DNA from: Ylistrum balloti
Taxonomy: Eukaryota
DNA: 64,000 bases
Reading direction: 5' to 3'
Assembly (NCBI RefSeq): GCF_031769215.1
Contig: NW_026781921.1
Span: 1,426,001-1,490,000 of the forward strand
In this document: piece after piece, positions 57,980 to 64,000 of the stretch
How the letters are laid out: the number at the start of each line of letters is the position of its first letter
Numbering within the stretch: position 1 is the stretch's first letter
Program-made: the position numbers and the translations under genes
The notes under the pieces: model-generated
The model's database searches: none
What the model was told of the DNA's origin: nothing
Seen by the model: the letters and a program-made list of their open reading frames with translations, nothing else

Positions 57980-60229
57980 CTGCAACATCAATTAAACACA
58001 ACTACAAAGTTATTCTTGTTTTGGACTGCAACATCAATAGTGTGGTAGAGAAACATAAATGTATGGCAAGTCTGCTCTACAAACATCAATAAAAGAAAAA
58101 AATATTTTTCTGCAATATTAACTTGATTGTTAACTTATCAAACTTATTGCCAGCCTGTTCTACGGCATGGTTAGAAACCTAAAGTTATTGCCTGTCCATT
58201 CTACAACATCGTTAGAAATGTACGTTTTTCGATCACTTGTCCATTCCACAAGTCCTATATATAGTGTTTTATTTGCAGAAATGTCTGAAATTATCCATTC
58301 AAATTTGATAGAAAATCTTCAGTATACCAGGGTACATATCTGATAACAAGCAGTACAGTTGTTCTCTGATATTCTGACACTGCTCTAGAATTTTCCAGCA
58401 GTACATGGTCCCTTCTCCTTAGTTCCTTTATCACAATAAGGTAGTAATATGTAATCAATGATTCAATTTAAAACAATTTTAAATTATATTTTCAAAAAGT
58501 CATTGTGGTGGCCATTTTAAACAAATTAAAACAGTCCTGATGTGTGAACTTTGTGGTAATTTAAAAACAAACTGAAAGAAAAACACTAAAATTGATATGC
58601 CATAATTCTCAATATTCACTCAAATATGGCAATGTTACCATTATATCTCTCTACCTCAGGACATAGAGAAAACTTCTCTAATGCTATACAGTGCTTGTAC
58701 CAAAAAGACTATAAACTGAATCATAAGTGAATATCTAGAACAACAAAACAAACAATTTCAAAAAAATACACAAAAAAAAACTGAGTTGGTTCATATGTCT
58801 GTACAACAATTTTACTTCTAACTTGGTTTGATATAAATAGCAGTTGAACTTAATGACACACTGACATAAATGCCAAACATCCAAAGTCATGTGCTCATCA
58901 TCTGATTTTCAGTGTTGCTGGATAGTAAAGTCTGAAGATATTTTGCAATTGATGAATGTATTGAGGTGCTTATAATGTGACCTAGCTGTATGGAGTGGTC
59001 ACCACTTAATGTGACTCCTGTTAATGTAACTTTCCTGTTAATATGATATTTTCTTGAAACATCAATATTCCCTATATATTCTATGTAATCTAACATCTGA
59101 TAATGTTACTGATTTTCATATAGCCCATGCTTAAATAGCCATTATGTCACTGATGCAATTTTAAGCTATAAAAATAGGACTTAATGAAAGTAGTGAAAGT
59201 TCTTCACTTTACACTAATACAACCGGTACAGTCTAAAGGTCATCCAGAGTTCTTACATATCAAAAGACATGTTTACTTCTACCAGAATTACAAAAATTAA
59301 TACCATCAGCGGGTTTAAATACCAGCATGCCCAGTAAAGTTGTTGTAGTTTACAAACACAAATCAACTGGCTGACTGAGGCAGTTGTCAGATTTTCAGTT
59401 GAGAAACAAAGAACCAAATAAGCAGGTTAGTGAGGGACAGAAAAGTCTATTCGTAAAGCTGTTGAAAGGTAACAGAGCCAACTCACTTCAGACAAACATT
59501 CATGCTTCAATTAGACAGCGGTAAAAAAAGATGTTTTACTCGAAGTTTTACTCACTACTATTCTTTAATTTACTCTTTGAACCATTTTATAGAATGGCAC
59601 TACATATATGTATGTCTTAAACATAATTTAAGCCAAATTTTTTTTACCATATTTCAACTTCTCTTTACATGATACACATGGTTGTAGGGTGGGGAATCCC
59701 CATGCTGTGCTATGTCTGTGATGTCATATATATTTAATAATAAAGTTGATGAAGGAATGATAGAATATTCAAGTGCCGATGAATAAAGACATTGTTTAGA
59801 CATAATACATGTATTATCTGTTCAAATCAATGCTTAGTTCCTCACTGTTAGGCATATGTCCTGGAATGATCCTAGTTTAGTTTAATTTAAGCAATCAGGG
59901 ATACATCCATATTATAATAACTACTTACATTTACTTCAATATGTTACCATTTAATCTATATTGAACACATATAGTAGCAGTATAGTATCTAACGTATTTC
60001 CACCAAATGGATTTATATCATGACGTCACCAAAACACTGCATCATTGTTTCTGTGTACTATCTATGACATCAACTTTTAACAACATGTGAAGTTGTTCGG
60101 CAGAGGTATTATATAAGTCCTATATTTTGCACTGTTACCCCGTTCTGAAGACGACATACCTAGTATGTCCAAATATACATAAAAGTTAAAGCCTGGTGAT
60201 GATCTTCCCTGGATGTTGTCTGGTCATCT

Positions 60230-61560
60230 ACACTTACAGCATATTACTGATTTTGAACCATGAAATGCCCCCTTTAATATCACTTCATTTCCCTCACACA
60301 GACAAATCACAGGTAAATCATAGGTAAATGAGGAAAAGAAATTTAGATTAGAGCCCCAGGGGATCACATGTGGACGTATTATGGATATATTGTCACTTTT
60401 TTCAACTCGCAGCCTCCAGAAATACAGACATACCATCTTTGGATGCAGAGCAGGATTATTTTTCATCATTTAATATGACAAGAAAGTAATCAAAGATGAG
60501 CCAACTTTTAAGTGATTCACATTGGATTGTGTTTATATCATTTTTATTATCATTTTTTTTACAATGATCCATGGGACACCAAACCATGGCCAAAGTAATA
60601 TGGAGAAGAGAAAATGCTGTTTGTACCCAGACAGAAGAGTTTTACTGAAGTTGCAACTGGGGTCATGAAATTTCTAAACTTTGTATTGCTTTTATAGACC
60701 TTCCATCCATAAAGCACATTTAATTTTACCATATTTGGTTACGGAAAAGAAAATCTTATAAATTTGTTTGAATTTAATCCTTTTTTGGCCAAACCATCTG
60801 TCCCTGTGTGTTAGCCAGGGCCAATATGTGCATTATAACATCCTTTACTAACAAGTTTGATCTATTTCCAACAGAAAATTAAAAAGTTATGCTCAAAAAT
60901 AGTATTTTTCTATAAAAATTAAAGTAAACTTTATTCCTTCTCCAAGGAAAATGTGAGACCCAGGGGTCTATCATATTTGGGTATTGAGAAGATTATCAAA
61001 ATTTCAGTTAATTTTACCCATTTTGGCCATGCCCTTCAGACCCCAGTGGGATGGGGACCATATAATTTTTTCATTTACTTTTCACCGTATGGAAGATTTC
61101 TGCAAACTTTCATTGAAATCAGTTCAGGAGTTTTCCAGGGACCTTAAAATATCAAACTCATTTGGGGTCTTCAAAGACTGTCTATGCATAGATATAGGGC
61201 TTCATATTACATTCAATAGTACATTTTACTTACAACCTCTCCATCAGTATGTTTTGTTAAACATTAGCAAATTTCTTTGTATGCCAACAAAGTTCTTATA
61301 ATCCTTAGAATTGGGAAAAATAATGGTGTTTTCCTTAGAATTAGGAAAACTTGGGGTCTAAATTGGGAAAAAAAGGTACTTTTTTGCATTGGGAATGGGG
61401 CCGAATATCGGCCCCAAATCTGGCAGATCGAGAGCCCTGTTTTATAAGTTGCATCAAAGTTCTTCATATAGTAAACAAACATGGCAGCCATTCTAGAATT
61501 TGATTTTATCATCTTATGACCTATTGATCCCAGGGTGCAACAGTCTATTGTAAATTTCCC
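60230..61560. mobile_element. Cluster of degraded dispersed-repeat fragments
   Basis: gccccagggg, gacccagggg and aaaatggc/ggcagccat motifs recurrent in such elements. Boundaries are approximate. Confidence 0.3.
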
Positions 61561-62155
61561 CCATGCCTTATTGCAACTGCTATGAAGTAACTACGAAAAT
61601 CAAGAAGAAGTTATATTAAAAGTCATTTCAAAGCCAAGATTAATTAAACCCATAAGAATGATTTTTATTGCAATTTTCCAACCATTCTATAAGTGATGGT
61701 TCTGTTTCAGTTACAAACACATGGTGGGCAGGTACTCGTAAGCACAGTATTATACTGGTACCCTACAATTGTGATTTTTTCATTCTGCCGATATCTTACT
61801 TCAGCCACATATAATCACACTGATATATATACCACACATCCGACACAAGGTTGCAGCTTATAATCAAGAAAAATATAATAAACAGAATATTTTAGATCAT
61901 CCTACTGGAGGTTATTTTAAAGTTTATCTTCACAAATGGAATAAAATCTTTGACCTTTAACCTTAACCAATGGCAACTATAAATGTATTTCTGAAATCTG
62001 ATATAGAGCTGTATATTGTGATGCTATGGTATGAATATATATATAAAGTAAACCTGGTGTAGAGTTTGATAGTGTGATGCTCTGGTATGAATACAGTACA
62101 CGTCAGCTGCTATGATACTCAAACAATCATATTTTATACAATGGATGTGTCTTAC

Positions 62156-62169
62156 CTGTGACTCTCGGT
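62156..62169 (-). CDS. Candidate 14-nt microexon ACCGAGAGTCACAG (TESH+S)
   Basis: cacttcaactcctag|14 nt|gtaaga. Its phase-2 exit would match the RS exon acceptor. Confidence 0.4.
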
Positions 62170-63614
62170 CTAGGAGTTGAAGTGTGTTACCTAATAACAT
62201 TTTAGTTTGCCATATGAATGTACAACATGTGTTACCTTTAGCTCTGAGAGTAGAAACCTTCACAATTACATTTATCATGGAGAGTTACTGTCATTCTATA
62301 ATGTTATTTACTGTAATTCATTAATTACTGCCTTTGGGTTATTGTTATCTATAGTGACGCCATATTTGTTCATGCGATGTTGAGTTGCACCCATTGATTA
62401 CACTTTGGTAATAACAAACGAATGTGGTTGGCTCATAAATTCTATCAATGAGTCATATTTTGTCTCATACATCACCTTCGAGACTCAGTTTTAAAAACAA
62501 ATACTATCACTTTAATAAGACAATCAAGAGGCTGTAGATGTTCACCATCAAAGAAAATAAACTTGATGGAAGAGTCTCACTTTCCCTAAAATTCTGTTGT
62601 AAATGTAACAAAAGTGTAGGTCTAACCCAAATAAATACATAAAACATCATTTTGACAAAGAGAAAAAGTATAAGACTCCAAAAATGAAATAAATAAGCAG
62701 ATATGCTGTCAACTAGTATTTGGTGTTGAAATAGTTACTGAAATAATCTAAAACTGAAAAGTGACTAGTTTCTATCAAAATTAACCAATTTTGAGACAAA
62801 AAAAATCACATATTAGTAATTTTATTGGTAACTTCCCCAAGGAATAAATGGATAATCACAACATGCTGTAGTCCGAAATACAACTGTTGAACAGACCTCA
62901 AATCAATTGTGCATATATCAATCCTGGCCCCAACATTACTTTCATGAAATTATTACAAGGACATGGTAATAAGATGATGGTTATAAGTCATAATTTTAAG
63001 TGTTATTCAAAGGAATTTATTCGGTCGTTTTCTGTTTTAATGAAGCAAAAATACTAAGCTTCTTTTTGTTAAAATTTGTTACTTTACAACAATGTGGTAT
63101 TAGGATAATTACATAGTAAATTGAATTCATTCACGCTTTGTCTATAAACAACATGGCAAAGGTGTGTATGTACATCATATCAAATCTAAAATGTATTGTT
63201 ACTAGTCTTTCAACTAACAAATCACAAATTGCCAAAAAAATTGTTTCTATAAAAAATATATCAATCTCAATGCCTGAACTCACAGATCACTCCAAAATGT
63301 AAATCATGTGATGTTAAATCACTATCAAAAATTCTGATAGACTGCCTGGCAATAGCACCTAGCTAATAAATGTTTTAATATTCCAGTTTCATTTCTAAAT
63401 CATCAAATAATCTGCAGACTACTTCTTAAAATCCACTTAAAGTAAAAAAAATATGAAAACAAAAGAAAACAAAAACACATCAGTCAAAAAAAAACTTATA
63501 TAAAATATTCTTTTCTATTTGCTAAACATTGTATGTTTTGCAAATAAGATTATTTCTATAAACATGTTTTGTATTTTAGATATGTTATTAGAAGGCAAAT
63601 TAAGGTTTTCATAC

Positions 63615-64000
63615 TAACCATGGGTTTAATCATTGATTCAGGTTTTTACTACACAGTGGGTTTAATCACTGATTAAGTATTTTACTAAACCATGGGTTTA
63701 ATCACTGATTAAGGTTTTTACTACACTTATGGTTTAATCACTGATTAAGTATTTTGCTAAACCATGGGTTTAATCACTGATTAAGGTTTTTACCACACAA
63801 AGGGTTTAATCACTGATTAAGTATTTTACTAAACCATGGGTTTAATAACTGATTAAGGTTTTTACTACACAAAGGGTTTAATCACTGATTAAGTATTTTA
63901 CTAAACCATGGGTTTATTCACTAATTAAGGTTTTTACTACACAAAGGGTTTAATCACTGATTAAGTATTTTACTAAATCATGGGTTTAATCACTGATGAA
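63615..64000. repeat. 36-bp monomer / 72-bp dimer minisatellite containing the ttaatca-c-tgattaa palindrome, truncated by the window edge
   Basis: tttaatc at 63661, 63697, 63733. Confidence 0.95.

Noticed and set aside
57708-58001. ORF-track peptide MCLIDVAVV...
   Set aside because: Wrong frame. The RS-rich frame bounded by splice sites is the plausible one.
1-64000. CRISPR-like appearance of the tandem arrays
   Set aside because: There are no unique spacers and no cas genes, and the context is eukaryotic and spliceosomal.

Overview
AT-rich, repeat-laden eukaryotic genomic DNA. The SINE and dispersed-repeat style suggests a bivalve mollusc, possibly a scallop (inference only). Nearly the whole window is one intron-rich minus-strand gene for a LAMMER/CLK (CDC-like, Doa-type) dual-specificity SR-protein kinase. 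I reconstructed it exon by exon with GT-AG boundaries whose phases all match: RS-rich N-terminal exon (57712-57979), an 85-nt 'DDEEGHL' exon, then kinase exons carrying [29 protein letters not shown] and [11 protein letters not shown]. The start codon lies beyond the right edge of the window. The main surprise is a duplicated 3' module. There are two paralogous, apparently mutually exclusive exons for the post-LAMMER insert (18527-18614 and 17537-17627). There are also two alternative terminal exons that both re-encode kinase subdomain XI: a canonical 66-aa end (6746-6946) and an 848-aa end (10009-12555) with an ~800-aa disordered tail containing periodic [RK][STA]WR motifs. Further candidate regulatory features are three microexons (14, 30 and 13 nt), an alternative N-terminal exon lacking the RS domain, a 319-nt AG-exclusion zone before the frameshifting 85-nt exon, an X-box-linked phase-2 exon, and a 56-bp minisatellite that copies a real 5' splice site 13 extra times. 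The rest is tandem arrays, one tRNA-derived SINE and degraded non-autonomous elements. No rRNA, true tRNA or CRISPR array is supportable. Unannotated-exon calls need RNA-seq confirmation.
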